Shown here: in pieces, positions 35,501 through 50,500 of the stretch
Position numbering within the stretch: the first letter of the stretch is position 1
Layout of the letters: each line of letters starts with the position of its first letter
The notes under the pieces: model-generated
Database searches by the model: none
Seen by the model: the letters and a program-made list of their open reading frames with translations, nothing else
What the model was told of the DNA's origin: nothing
Translations under genes and position numbers: made by a program
NCBI GenBank assembly: GCA_977016875.1
Contig: CDRNST010000370.1
Span: 62,001-126,000 of the forward strand
Length of the DNA: 64,000 bases
Direction: 5' to 3'
Source of the DNA: Pavona decussata
Taxonomy: Eukaryota

Positions 35501-38500
35501 CTATACTTCTTAAGGATATTGAGCCATCCTCTCTGCCGTATGTCGAACTATCCTCCAATGAAAAATTGGACAAATAAAGTTTTTTGTCCAATCCAGGGGA
35601 CAAATTATTATCGTAAAACAATACTGGTCGAGCATAACTAGTAAGATCGTTTCCTTTCGGCTGTTTATCAGTGGCTATTGAGTCACCATTTGGATTGAAT
35701 TAAAGTCCTTGAAAGATACCATAGAACAACACCAACATTCTAAAATAAGGAGCATTTAAGGCCATCTGGGTCGTTCGAAAAAAGCGCTAAAGGAAATTTA
35801 GTTTTACGCTACATAATTATTTGTCTTTGTCTGGTTGTATTCGTTTAGGCACGTGAGAAAGGGTAACACTAAATTGATAGGTAGTTATGTTGCATGGATA
35901 TTGTTGCATCCTTAAATGACCAAGAACTGATAACCGAATATTTCTTATTGCATTTATAGCTTGCACCTTGAACATGGATTTTACTGGGACCTTAATAAAA
36001 GTCTGCCCGCCACCTTCAATGAAAGCATTTTAAATGATGTATGGTTTTGCTTTTTGGTTAAAAAGAATAAAGCGAAGTTGATACCAGAAAGATGTAATAA
36101 ACCATTGAGCAAGCCTTACATCTGCGAAAAAAGTAAGTTTCATCAACTGATACTTAAATAAGTAAACTACAATGTTGAAAGACTCAGAAAAGGCGAAATA
36201 TAAAGTAAAATACTAGGACTCCCTTGCATCATTAGAAGAAAATCCATCAAGGAAGCTATTCTTCAGAGAAAGATTTTTTTTGTCAAAACACACATATTTA
36301 TTGAATCACTGTTTTTGTGCATACATACATACATACATACATACATACATACATACATACATACATACATACATACATACATACATTTATAACTTGTTTC
36401 ATGTAGACTCGTAGAAATTACTGCATTTATACTAAATATGGTGCAACCCGTAGGTCAACCAGGCTACTCGTGGCAGGTTACTAGTTCGGATGATAACAAA
36501 GTAGCGGAAAGTGAATAAAAACAGGAGTTGGTAGGATTAAGTGCTACATTTTAGCAAATAAAGAAATAAAAAAACGAAGACAGCAACCGTCAATGTCGTG
36601 AGCAGTCCACTCGGACTCACATTGCATGGGTCACTTGTCCTCTATTTTTCTCATAGGCGAAAATTGTACCGTGAATCACGTTTTTGACGAAAATATTTTG
36701 ACTAGTTTAGACTTGCAGTTCGGAAGCACCCAAGAAAACTTTGTCGTTTTGAGACAGAAATGATTTGGTATGCGCCTGCATGCCTCTTCTTCTGTGGATA
36801 CATAATTACTACAGCATGACGGTCCCTACACTGAGATTTGTGATCGATTACTCACTAGTTAACAATTATTGCATGAGGTTGCGGTGATAGCGAGAATTAT
36901 CACGGCCGAGATTTGTGTTTTCTGCCGAAGGCGAAAGCTGAGGATGATAACAGAAACAAATCTGCATAAAAAAAGGCTCTAGAAACAATTTATTAAATGT
37001 TAGTTTACAACTCTCTTGTAACTTCATTTCAAATCATAAGAAGAACGTATACCTTTGCGATAATTGTAACGTGTTACATGTTTTGTTTTGTTCTTTAGCA
37101 TCGTCGTCACAGCCTGTAACCTACCGGGTAGGAGGTAAATATTTTAATCGAGAGAAAATACTCGACAAGTGTCAAACTTCGGGCGAAAGATTGGCGCGAA
37201 TCAATAACAACAATACTCTTGGCGAGGTAAAAAACATCATCAAAAACAATACTCAGAGATACTGGACTGGTCTGAGGTGAGATAGGCCGATCCGATACAT
37301 TATAAATGTTTTCCTTTCTTTAAAATTGTTACCATTTTGACGGTTATAGCACGAAAAAGATACCTATTGCATTAAAAAAGCTTCAGAGCCTTGACGTTTC
37401 ATTTCCAAAGTCACTTTTAATTAACTGTCATATTAACAACAATTATTAACATAAAAAATTAACTGCCATATTAATATTACCTCTCCCTTTGTCGTCCGCT
37501 TGATTTTACTGAGCTATTGTTAAGGAGGCTCGCAGCAGCTTTTTGGACTTTAGGTGGAAGTTTTGAAATTACAATTACGCATACAATATAAACTTCGATC
37601 TCCTTCACACTACATCATCATTTCAACATATGATCAACGTTAATTTTCTCATCGGTTTCCAAGCAAGAGCTATTACCATAGCAACGGAAGCGCATTGCCT
37701 CTCATTCTAAGCATTGTCGATTATCTCGAAATGTCGTCAGACACTTTATGACGAAACTTTAGGGATTTAAACTACTCAATCTAGACAACTTGTAGGCGAA
37801 ATTAAGAAAAAAAATTTGTAAGAGCGTTTTTAAGTAAATAATGAATCAATTTTTATGGGGTTATTTTTTTGTTTATTTTTTTACCAATATCTCCGGCAAA
37901 ATAAAACTTGACACTTTTGTCTTTTCCGTTAAAAGGTCATTCCTCATAGCAAAACATTCTAATTAACAAATCGACGGCAGTTTTCTATGGTCTATACTCT
38001 TATAGACCATAAAATGACGTCAAAAAATGTTCAAAACTCAAATGGAACCACGAGCCGCAGGCGAGTGGTTTCACTGCCAAGTTTTGGACATTTTATGGCG
38101 TCATTTTATGGTCTATAAGAGTATAGACCATAGAAAACTGCCGTCGATTTGTTTTTTACAAAAACATGGAAAAAGTAGGAGCGGAATTGGAAATTTTTTT
38201 CGTTGAGAAAGCGCGCGTGTTACATCTGACGTCATTTTTATTGTCTGCACTCTTGCAGAAAAATTAATAGCTACGAGCCAACCAGCGCGCGGGAATTTGG
38301 ACAGTTATTGTAAAAATGTATATTGAGCTTCATGGGTGTCTCCGATTTTAATTTACAAGTCTTACCACATCCTTAACTACCAACCCAATAAATCATGAAT
38401 ATTACTAAACAGATTACGAAATTCAATTATCACTTCTGCTCTGGTTCTTGAAATGCCAATCAATGACACCAACCATCAAGTGCTTCCCAAGACTACACTC

Positions 38501-41500
38501 ATCTGTTTGATTATATTAAAGAACTTAAAATATATTTTACAAGTTTGAATAGTACCTATTTGTTCTTCGTTCTGCTACTGATTTTGTAACTTTTTTAGCT
38601 GGCATTTTAAACATAAGTTTTGCTGGAACCAAAACGCTTCCGACAACACCACTGTCCATCAGCGACCGGGCATTCTCCCAGACCTTTGGTATTGCTATGC
38701 GGTAAAAAGTGGGACTAACGGTTTATTAATGCCAAGAAAATGTAATGGGCCAAAGTTCAAGTATATTTGCCAACAAGGTACGTATGCGAAAATAATTATT
38801 TCAATAAGTAATTGTTTTTTTACCAAGAGAGAGTCCCAAATCTGGAAATTTTGGCCGAACTTTTGGCCACCAACGTCCTGTTCTGCGAATAGTTAATCGA
38901 AAGCATTTCCATTTTTTAAAACCAGTTCAACCTGCAACACTCAGCTCTCCAGAAGAAAACGACTCATGATATTATACCAAAGTTTTTAACAAAATTGAAA
39001 CCGAGAGATGTTATACAATTTGTGGTTCTCAAAACATAATTCACCCTTTCCTTTACTCCACTTTTTTCTTTTAATATATCGTATATTAGCTTTGCGGTTT
39101 CCGTATTTTGCCTCATATATTCTATCATTCATCTTTTGCCTATCTATGATCCATTTCAATGTGTTGGGTCATGACAAATCTCAATCCATTACCACGGAAC
39201 CAATGGGTTATTTCTGAATTGAAAGGACCTGTTGGAAAAAATTATGGATATATACGCAGATGTTTTGCACTATACTTTGCTTTTTTCCGTAAGCTAAATC
39301 TAACTACAAACCAGTGCATTGCTCCGATCTGGTATAACGTTCACCCTATAACCAAGATTCGAACTGTTTTCACATAGATAGCCTAAAGTCGTCAGCATTA
39401 ACATTAGCGGAAACTAAAGCAATTTCTACCCAGCCAGCACCGACTTCAAGCTTTGAGTTTACTACAACGCTGCTTACATCAACAACTGCAAAAATGCCAA
39501 CCAAAACACCTTCTCCAACAGCATTTGCGATCCGTCCTGGATTTACCAAACAATCATTAACAAGTAGGTTGATTGCTACCGTAGTCCTCTCAAGCAGCAT
39601 AAGGACAACAACAACGATTGGGGTAAAAGAGACGATTGTGACGATAGGTTTTTCCTATGTGACGACGGGTTTTTCCTGCTCAAGCGTACAGGAGAGACAA
39701 TTTAGACTTCAACGGCGACTTGACAATGTAACGGGGGAATAAGCTTGAGAGCACTCGCTCGCTAGCAAGACAGAGCTCGTCGCAACTCTTAGGTACAGGG
39801 ATCTAGCCAACTGGAACTCGACGAACAGCAGAGAATAGACAATCTTCTTCACTCCAGCATAGGTTTATTCAGCACTGCGTATTTTACCTCGATGTAACCG
39901 ATGTAACCGAGACTGATGAGTGCTTATAATAATTTTATACTTACTGATTACAAAAAGGTTAAAGTACTTTCTTTTGTTAACGTGGCTTAGATGGTGCAAT
40001 CTCAACGTGGAATCACGAGGACAAAACAGAACATGTTACTTAAGAATATATTACTTTTACGTGCGCTTAATTGTTGAGAGTTCCTCATAAGGGGAGTACT
40101 TTTCCGGAATACTACCTTAACAAAGAATATTGAACTTTGATTGCGGAAAACTGGACGTACATCAAAAGAATTGCTGAGTCGTAAGATTGCAGGACAAAGG
40201 TTAAGGACTCGCGTGATCGAGCAAAGTACATGAGCCACGTACAATGTACCCCTACACGTGTACAGGCCAGATGTTAAACTAGAATAAATTAAAATAAGGT
40301 CTCTTTTGTTGGAAAACCCTATGCTGGTTTGAAATGAAAGCGAATGATTATAAGTGAAAAGTACATAAGATAAACAGCTAAATATAAAGCAGCAAAAGCG
40401 AAAACAAGTAAAATATCGAGCGATGACATACAAATCACTTCGGTTGTTAATACAACCGAGAATGTTCACTTCTTGTGTCCAGATACAAGTTGATTAAATA
40501 TTCTATTCAAAATCTCAAAGCTATTGTAACCACCTGATTGTGCATTCTATTCCAAATGCAAAACTATTGAAATGCGCTTGCTAAACGTATTAAAGTGAAA
40601 CGCGAAATCTCTCGTAACACGATAGCGTTAAATTCCGGTGGTGTTAAAACTTTCATTGCAGAAGCTTCCAGCAACGACACAAACACACTGGAAAAGGAGC
40701 ACACTTTAAAAAAGGCAGAGTATTTTATTCAGTTTTACATTACAGGCAATAGCAACATATGGGCAGTCGTATTCAGGGATCCCTCTGACCACAAAAACTA
40801 ATTACTTTGAGCTGTACTCCTATAATTAAGACGTACAGGTATAAATGCAAAGGTGTCGTTGTGTACCGTTTTGGTCTAAAATTAAGTCAATTTTTCTCAT
40901 GCATCTTGATCGTAAATTGAGTATGCTTTAACTGCACCTTGAGAATGTAGCAACGGTTTTATCACATTTCATTCTGATAAGCAGAGGCTCAGTCAGCTGG
41001 GTATCTGGCACGATTCACAAACACAAGGGGTAAGAAATAGGGTACATGAAAGTAGACATGAAAGTATAAATTAGGTAATAACCAGGAGTGACTTTGTAGG
41101 TTTTGCAACCTGTCGACCAGCTCGTTACTAAGACCACCCGACACAGGGGACCAGTAGTCAAAATGAGGTCCGATAAGAGCTCTATATAGTAACATGGCTG
41201 TTTCCTCAGAAATGAATGGCCTCGACATTTTAAAAGCACTTATACCTAAACTTTGAAAAACTAAATTCTTACGGATTGATATTTATTATCTATAAAAATT
41301 CTAATATTGCCCTTGCAACCACTTTCTAAGGATGAATTAATCAATTAAGCCATGCATATGTAATAACGTGTCGTAGCATCTGCTAGAGGATATCTACCCG
41401 GTTGAAAAACTGCACCTTCTCCGCTCCCTCTGCCTGGTGATAAAGTTTCACATTGTATAAAATATATATAGTGGAGTGTATTAGTTAAACCTCGAATCAC

Positions 41501-44500
41501 CAAAGTTCAAACTTCTTACCCACCGAATTTTGCTGTGCTTTGTAGCAGTTAGATGATGTCATTGCAAAGATAAAAGCCCTCAACGCCAGTAGGAACGATT
41601 CTTTGGAGGTAAGGATCACACAAAGTCAAGTACGCGAATTATTGTTACATTCGACTTTTTAAACGCTAATTTACTCGTAGCAATTTTTCGGCCCGACTGG
41701 TAGGGTTCAATCGAATGGACCAAGAGGTAAAATGGCCTTTCTTTAAGAACTCGGGTGATTCTCGCCTACAACTTCATAACTTAAAATGGATTCCACGAGA
41801 CTAAAACTATGTTTCACTTTTGTCATTGCTATTTTCTCAGAATGCATCGAACACCATCAGCAATTTTTTCAACGAATTGACAAAACAACAGGTCAAAAGG
41901 AATGCCATTAATGTGTTGCTAGCTACACAGGAATTAGAATTATTTGCGCTCAAGTATGGTAGGATCCATTTCAAAGCAAAAGAACGCAGAGTTATTTCCA
42001 AACAACATTATGGTGAGTGAAAAAAAATAACTGATTGCACTGCGATGACCAGAGGTGGGACCACTTATATTTCATCACACATTGAATTATTGAGATCGAT
42101 AAAACAACGCAAACGGCTCTCTTATGGAGACTCGTGTATGTTGAACGCTTGTACTTATCCTTTACACCTGTAACTTGAACTTTTATGTTTCGTCAAGTGC
42201 TAAGTATATCGATCTCCGTATATTATAAATTCAATTTATTGCAGTTGTTGTTCTTAGTTTTTTTTTAAATTCAGTACAGCGACTCGCACAATTAGTTAAG
42301 ACCCCGATTGGCAAGTAATTTAGGAAGGATGCGAATTTAGTAGATTAAGGGATCATTAATTACTGCAATCCTTTAATTTGAGGGTAGGGTTGATTGAGAG
42401 AAAGAAATTACCAGCGCAAAGAATTTTTTTTAAAAGTTTCAGGAACCTAACACTATCTACGCCGGGATTTTGTTCGTTCAATAACTTCGCGGCAATGAAC
42501 AGTACGTCAAATTTCCTTTAAGGTCCTCAACGAGAAGTAATGACGTCATGGTACCTTATAATTACGTCATAACTGCCAAAATGGAGGCCATCTTGGATTT
42601 CTGAAATTCCCCAGAACTTCTTAAAAGCGCCAAAATTGAACAAAAAGCACAAAAAGGATTGATATAGGCTTAAACCACCAATATTAGTGTTCATTCTGTT
42701 CTATTTGAAACGAGATTTTCCATTTTCTTAAAAGGGACCTCCCAAAAATTGGTTTCCATAATGAGCCAAAGTCAGTGAACACTAACCTTATACACTAATC
42801 ATATACTTCGACGGATCAAAACTACCACCTAATTAATTTTTCAGTACATTTATACTGGTGTCAAATAAACGCATTATCTTTGCTAGTTGAATCAACGTTA
42901 TAGGTTACCAAAACAACAGTATCACCATAATTAATTAGCCAAAACAACACGTCCTTTGCCAATTATAATTAATCGCCTCAAAGACAGACACCGTTAACAC
43001 ATGCATTTCTTAGAGGCAAGTCCTATGGGAAGATTTCGAGTTCAGTTAGAGTAAACTGACTGAATCTGTTACGACATGGAGCAAATTAACCTGTGCCTTT
43101 TAAAGTAGTGTCCGTATTTGTGCATACTGGCAAGTCAAAACACCTTAATTAACTTCCAGTTACTCTTGCAGCAATGAAGATCCAGAAAATACCGGTGGAT
43201 AGCCAGGATGCAGTCGTTTTCTCTGTGAATGAAACGGAATATTCAGCTAAAGATGGATGGGCGAGCATTTCCATACCTTCGGGAACGTTCAAAGGAAAAG
43301 GTAGAGTGCGACTGCTGTTAGCAATTGTACCATACACAGATCACAGTTCTACGCTTTGCTTATCTCGTCGAAGTGATACTTCAAAACAGTGTGCGTTGAT
43401 CTTACTAGCGAGTAATCGACAAATCGAGGCACATAGAACAAGTGGATTAGGATTACGCTCATCACCGTTACAAGTAGCCCTGTTCCCACATGATCACTCT
43501 TATCACACAACCGGGAATCCTGCCTGTTAGTTTATTTCTTAAAAAAGAATAGCACAAGTTGCTTCAAAAGAATTTGAGGTTTGACCAGACTATATAAGGG
43601 TGCGAACTTTTGTATCACGATGTTGTGTTGCTAATTTCGTTATTTCACTTTTTTCTTTAGATGCTCTCGTCGTTTGCGTTGTTTTTAATGGCATCAAGCA
43701 ATGGATCCCCGTTGACGAACATGTCAAAATAGATGGGTGGGATTATTTCAAATATATTTGTAGATAAATTATGACACATTTGATTTGGTAAACTAAGAAA
43801 CGCAGGGACGTACAACCAAACTCATATCCCCACCGGTGGAACTAATGAGGAGAGGAGTGTTTTAAAACCTTTCCCTGAAGTTTTGGCCCTGTAATGATAC
43901 TTTGGAAAAGCTTCAATACACAAATAACCTGCGATCAGGCTTTTGACACAAGACAAAATAAGACACACGATCGCTGCTATATCCGCAATACGGAAATAAA
44001 AGGTAGCTGTAAATTTTATTACAATACCTTGCGAGCCTAATACAGCCAATAGGCACGTAGAAAACCATATTTTAAAACAAATTACCTCTGAACTTAACCA
44101 GCAACATTTTTTATGCTAGAATTAACTTTCTCTGCGCTTTTATGAGAGTTGATAGTTTTTTAGTACGCTAAGAATTATGGGTAAATCTAGTCTTTATCTT
44201 TGTCGGTACGGCGGATTGAGCCTGCTTTAGTAGATAGCCTGGGACATCATCCAATATGGCGATCAAAGTTACAAGGGGGTGGGACGGCATAAATTATTGT
44301 CCTCCTTTTACGTGAGAGAGTTAAGGGATGATTTATACCCATTCCTAACATATTTATGGCTCGAAGGCTTGAGCCATGTCCTCTCAGTTACTGCAGGTTG
44401 TTGGAACAATAACCACTGCCTTATACTCAGTTAACTGTGGCGTAGTGAAACGGAAAAATCTTCACAGGAAAGTACGATCAAAATGAAAAAAAAAGTGTAT

Positions 44501-47500
44501 ACGTTTTTTGACAATTTTAAATTGAGTGTCAAAAATAATTTTCCGTTGTTTGCTTTTTTCTGCCATCTTGGGATGATTTGCCTATTTCTTTTTTTTTCCT
44601 TCATTTATTTATTTATTTATTTATTTATTTATTAAGTAATTTGATTTATTTTCATTTATTCATTCATTTATTTTTAAACAGAAAAACGCTTACAAATCCA
44701 GAGTTACAAAACCGCATAATTACCGGAACAGTGGACCCTAAACCCACTGGTTATCTTGAAGAAAATGTGACAATCTCCTTCAGCTATAACACGGTAAGTT
44801 CACAAAACTTACATTTTAAAGGAGCACCTCTGAAGTTACGCTTTGACGAAGAATGTAAAACAAACACAACATGGCGTCTGCAAGTTTGAAATTTTGTTTT
44901 TTTGAAAATTCTAGGAATCAAAGGAAGAAGTGAAGCCGCATTGTGTGTTTTGGAATTTCTCAATCAAGTAAGATTACTGGAAACAATACTCTCCAGACGT
45001 TGGATTTGTTAATTATGCGTTATTTTATGCTTTATGTGGCACATGATGTCGTCATAAAAACTTTATTTCGGAGCTATGTGAATGACGCAGCACGGCACGT
45101 AAATCTGTCGTAATAAAATCACAACATACGGAATAAATTCAATTAACTTATACCGTAAAAGTTCCCTTTAGCGTTCGGAGGGCTTACTTTGTCCAGGCAT
45201 CAAGAAGGGGGTAAATTAGCTTATTAGAGAAGGGTGGGTTTCAAATCATGAAAAACTTGAATCAGCTTTTCCAATGTTTTACAACATAACTAAGTGAGCC
45301 GTGTTACTAATGGAATGTACATCACAAATTACGTTTTGCCTTACCACAATACCACTTCCACATATTCAAGATCACGTTTTCCAAAACGGACTGACCAGTC
45401 TAACATTACTACTTCTTAGTTTTGAAGTACCTCATGCGTTTTCTAATCTGAGGGCATCGGGATTTATAGAGATTGTCGCATTAAAAAAACACTTAAGTTA
45501 GCCCTCTTTCGTCTTCGGAAAGGAAATAGAACACTGAGTCAAAATTTACGTCTAGTTAGCGTTAAGGGTGTTTTCTTTCTCGTCGTTACAGGTCTGAATT
45601 GAACGGGTCTTGGTCTAGCAAAGGATGTTCGTTGGTGAAAATAGTCAATAATAAAATCACCTGCTCCTGTAATCATCTAACTAACTTTGCTGTTCTGATG
45701 CAAGTTGGAGGAAACAAGGTTAATGCAAAAGTTGGTTGTTTTGGTTATTATCATCATTATCATTTTCATTTTCATTTTTCATTTTATTGAAACACTTTCA
45801 GAGTCGGTTCAAGTTCAATACGAAAACACTGGCAAAAATGCGTTACACCTGTGCATTAAAGCTTAGTGAACACATTAACTAAAAGCGTTCTTCTGAAAAA
45901 AGTGCCATATTATGTCTATGGTTAATTGTTTCTTTGGTTTTTTTTTTTTTAAGGCTTTAAGTCTTTCCAGTACACGAATTTACCAGCTATAACTGCATTT
46001 TTGTTATTCCATGTAATTGTTTCTAATATACCAATGATGGTAGTGCGATTTATTTCTGTTATAGGAGGTACCTTTAAAACACAGAGTGGCGTTGGAAGTC
46101 ATCACTTACGTTGGTTGTGCCTTGTCGCTCACAGGAGAAGTGCTTACTATAATAACATATTGCGCCCTCATGTGAGTTCAATGGATAATAATTCTAGAAA
46201 TGCATTGAAACTTGCCTAACAAGCACCTTGTTAAAGCGACTGCCTGAGCAAACCCTCGTAGTCGTTTTGTTACATATAGAGCCTTGTCAATTCGAACACT
46301 CAGTCATAGGCTACAGTTGAAGATGAAGAAAACACATAATCATTTTTTTTCTTTAAAGAGATTGCCAACTTTTGCTACTGGGCATACGTTCTGCACATTT
46401 CGGGATGGTCCAAGAAGCTCTGATTTCATGGCTATTTCATGATTGCTTAGATTTGAATAGCCGTTGCTAAGATCTGGGGTGCTTACCATTTACATGGAAA
46501 GCCCGGAAATTCCAGTTGGAAAATCAAATGCTTCGCATCATTCCATTTGGAGTACTTCTGAATGCATTTTTGTTTTCTTCTTTTGGGATTTATAGCTGAT
46601 GTTTACAATTTCCATGTTATCCATCTTCTGTTACGACAAGCTTAATCATTTCGTATTTATGCCGAAAATTTTCATCCGGGTAATTTGCGTAAATTGACCA
46701 GCCCCAGCACCATTTGACCAGCACCCCTGGTCTTTTTCATGGTCATAAAATGCGCAAAAATAACTTTGTATAGTGAGGTTCCGTCCTTAAGAAGTGAGGG
46801 AATTAAAACTATTTCGTGACTTTTTTACGGTCAAGAATGGCTAAGGAACAAACGGATAGCAAATGCAAACGGTCGGGCAGGTGTTTTCAAGTTATTCCTT
46901 TTTTTAGCAAAGAAGGCCTACATTAGTGGAAAAAAGTTTGTTAACTCAACCGCTTAATTCATACGGCCTCATTTTTACTGCACACCACAAAATCATGGCT
47001 CACATTTTCTTTTCTCTCTCTCTCTCTTTTTTTAGAGAAGGGGGATTTAACTAATTTACTGAGTTCAGTTAGCTACGAATTTCTCAACGAAACAAATAGC
47101 TTTACACCAAAATAATACTAGATCTCTAAATGGCTTTCATCTACATACCTCAGGTAAGTCTATGTTTATTTTTCTCTTGTTCAGGAATTTAAAACAGGAG
47201 CAAATTCAAATACGCCTCAACCTCGTAGTTGCCATAGCGATCGCACAGATTACATTCCTTTCCGGAATTGATGCCACTGATGCAAAGGTAAGCCGTGTCA
47301 AATTTTGCCATTTTAAATCTTTGATTTCATACTTCACTTTGTCAGCACTTTTCATTTCATTAAGGAGGCTTTTAAAAGTAGTTTCTGACAAAATCCCTCG
47401 GCTTAAAAACAACAACAACAAGACTTTATTCCCCCAATTAAAAAGTGCCAACAGTTAACTCCGTCCAGACCGGACTTGTTGTTATTGTTGTTGTTGTTGG

Positions 47501-50500
47501 CTTCTGATGCCGCGGGGAAAGGTAGGGCGGGAAGGTTAGGTTCCGCCACCTATCCTTAACTCCAAGAATATTTAAGCTGAAAAATAGTACGTCCACAGAT
47601 GTTTCCTTTGTGGTTCGCAACTGGTTGTAATGACGTCTAGCACTTCAGAGTAACGTCATAACTCCTTAAGGCGGCCATCTTGGATTCTGCGTTTTCCTAC
47701 AGTTTCAGAAACTCTCTGAAATTGACCAAAAAAGGAATCGAAACCAATAGATAAACAACAAAATGAGCTGAAAACACAAAGGTTACTTGTAAGAATGGTA
47801 AATTTTCTTAAGTTAATAGGAATATTCCATTTCTGCTAACCCTGTCATTCAAAATTGGTTATCTTGGTACCACGTCAAATTATTTCCGGATAAATTTCTG
47901 ACAAAGTGACCTTGTTTCATATTAAACTTTCAAAGTCGGCTGGTCAGAAAGCCCGCTCCCCTCATTTTTCGGCTCAGATACGGTCAATAAAGTAAGACTG
48001 AAAAAACATTCATTAATTCCTTCCACAGGGTGTTTGCGTCTTCGTAGCAGCATTAATTCATTTTTTCTATCTGGTTGGATTTGCCTGGATGTTGTGTGAA
48101 GGAATTTACCTGTACCTGATGGTGGTCAAAGTATTTAATACTGAGGTCAGAATGCGGCTATTTTATGCGGTTGCCTGGGGTAAGTGCTATGTAAATTATA
48201 AACCCTTTTAAGAAAAAGAAAAGGGCGTATTTTCTTATAAATTCACAATAACGACAGTTTCGCAAAATTTAAAGGTTCCTCTGACATACTGAGTCGAAAC
48301 TATACTGCTAAAAATTTAGCCTATGATAAAACATCGCCATGACATGATCTTGATTCAAAAATATACTTCATTATAGTACATCAATTTTTACATTTCCATG
48401 CAGTCAAAGAAATAGGTGTGGTAGTCTGAAATGTTAGCCGTCTCACCGTCGCCTCCCCCTAACCCAAAGAGGGACAGACAGTTGACATCTCAGAGCTAAG
48501 GCTCTAGCCGCCTCAGAGAATGAGACAATCGTAATTGACTGAAATTCCAAGTAAGGGATTGATTTGATTCTGTTAATGGCAATACAGGCTCCGGGGGATT
48601 CATCTTATTTAGTTTAAGTTCCTTGCTTACTCATTCTTATACCAATTTTCTCACGAAAGGACTTCCTGTTGTGATTGTGGTACTATCGATTGTGATTGCT
48701 TCCAGCCAAGATGGTGGCGTACATAGCTATGTGCATGGTGACTTGTGAGTGTTATTTTGTTTACCGACCTCAAGGAAAACGTTTTTTTGAAAAGTTTCAA
48801 GTTTCAAATGAAAATGCTATCTCCGTTAATTACAAAGGGATATGCTATTTCTACGTTAGGTGAAACCTTATTATTGTTTAAACAATGAAACCCCAATGGA
48901 AATCGATAGTTGTGTAATGATATCTACAAGCACTTTCAAAATGTTCCTGCAACTCACGGCGACAAAAATTCCTTTAGTTCTATATTTTAAGCACTACTTG
49001 TTGAAAGCCGATGAAAAGTTATTCGTGACCTCCTCCCTGGCCCCAAAATGACTCTACCCAAATGTTTGTGCAAATACTTGTGGCTCAACATTTTCAGTTC
49101 TTTTATTCATACATTTATGGTCGTGTCTTATTTAAAAGTATCTGCACGTCTTTTTTGGTGTTTTTCCTGCAGCCAACACTCTTAATTTTCTTCTTTTTCT
49201 TTCTGTAGTTGCTGGGTTTCCTTCACTAATAACCTTGTCTGGACCTTTGTTACACCTGTTCTTGTAGTATGCCTGGTAAGAAATTCTACTCCGACACTAA
49301 GGAAATAAAAACATGCCGATTTATTTGATAAATATCGTTTCCCAATTTGAAACTATTTTGCATTATCAACACTTAAAAATGTATTCATCCTAGTTGCCCG
49401 ATTTTGTCAAGAGAGCTTTTGTCAAGAGCCCTTGTGGTTCACATTATTATTCACAGAACGTTTCCAAACTAGTAAACGACCACACCACCTTATAGATCAG
49501 TGTTTTAAGTATACCGCCATTTTGTAGAATGCCAAGGTTTCGACTCGCGCGAGTCCTCGCTTTTCACAACCTCGACGCAAAACCATTACTACAACATTAG
49601 ACCAAACTGTTAAAGTTGATTTGCTAAGTTCACAGCTAAAGTTCCTATGTCCACAATTCACAAGACCCTCCAAGATTGAAGCTTGGTGCAGTAGTGATTG
49701 CACTAAATGTTTATCACTCAGTTTTTTCTTGTTGTTGTTACGGATTTAATGCTTACCTCGTCACGTGTATGGGAAAAAGATTAAACACGAATGAAACCCT
49801 GAATTAAACCTATGACCTTCAGCACACCAATGAAACGCCATTACCAAACTACTAGGGGACTCGTACCACATTTACTAAGTTTAATATACGGTATGCACTG
49901 TCATAAGTCCACATAATCTGATACTTAGGTTCGACCCGTATAAATAGGGTCTTAACCTACTTTGCATAATTGCTATTCTCAGATTAACGGCGTGATTCTT
50001 GCTTGTGTGGTCCATGAAATCGTCAAGATGCAAAGCGATAAAATGTCTGGGATGGAAAGAATAAGACAAGGTGTCAAGGCATGCGTAGTTCTCTTCCCTC
50101 TTCTTGGAATGACCTGGGTTTTTGGAATTCTGAGCGTGACGGATGCTGGTCTTGTGTTTCAGTACATCTTTACCATTCTCAACTCGCTACAGGTACAGTA
50201 AGTAACTTTCTCAGACAGCGCGAGTTTTAATCGCTGAAATAATTTCGTTAAACCCTCAGAGGTTTTAACCAGTAAATAAAGTCATGCGTCTGTGACGTCA
50301 GTGGTAGTCATTAGAGGGGGGCTTTACGGAAGGGGGTTGGTGCCTAATTACAGAATCTGACATCTAAACGTTAAGCTTACTAAAGAAATTAAGGCCCTTT
50401 GTAGATTGCCAGTTAATTAAATCGCAGAGTCCAATAAAACATCCGCAATATACCAACAATCTATCAATGCCGCATAACGTATTTTCTGAAAGATGAACTT

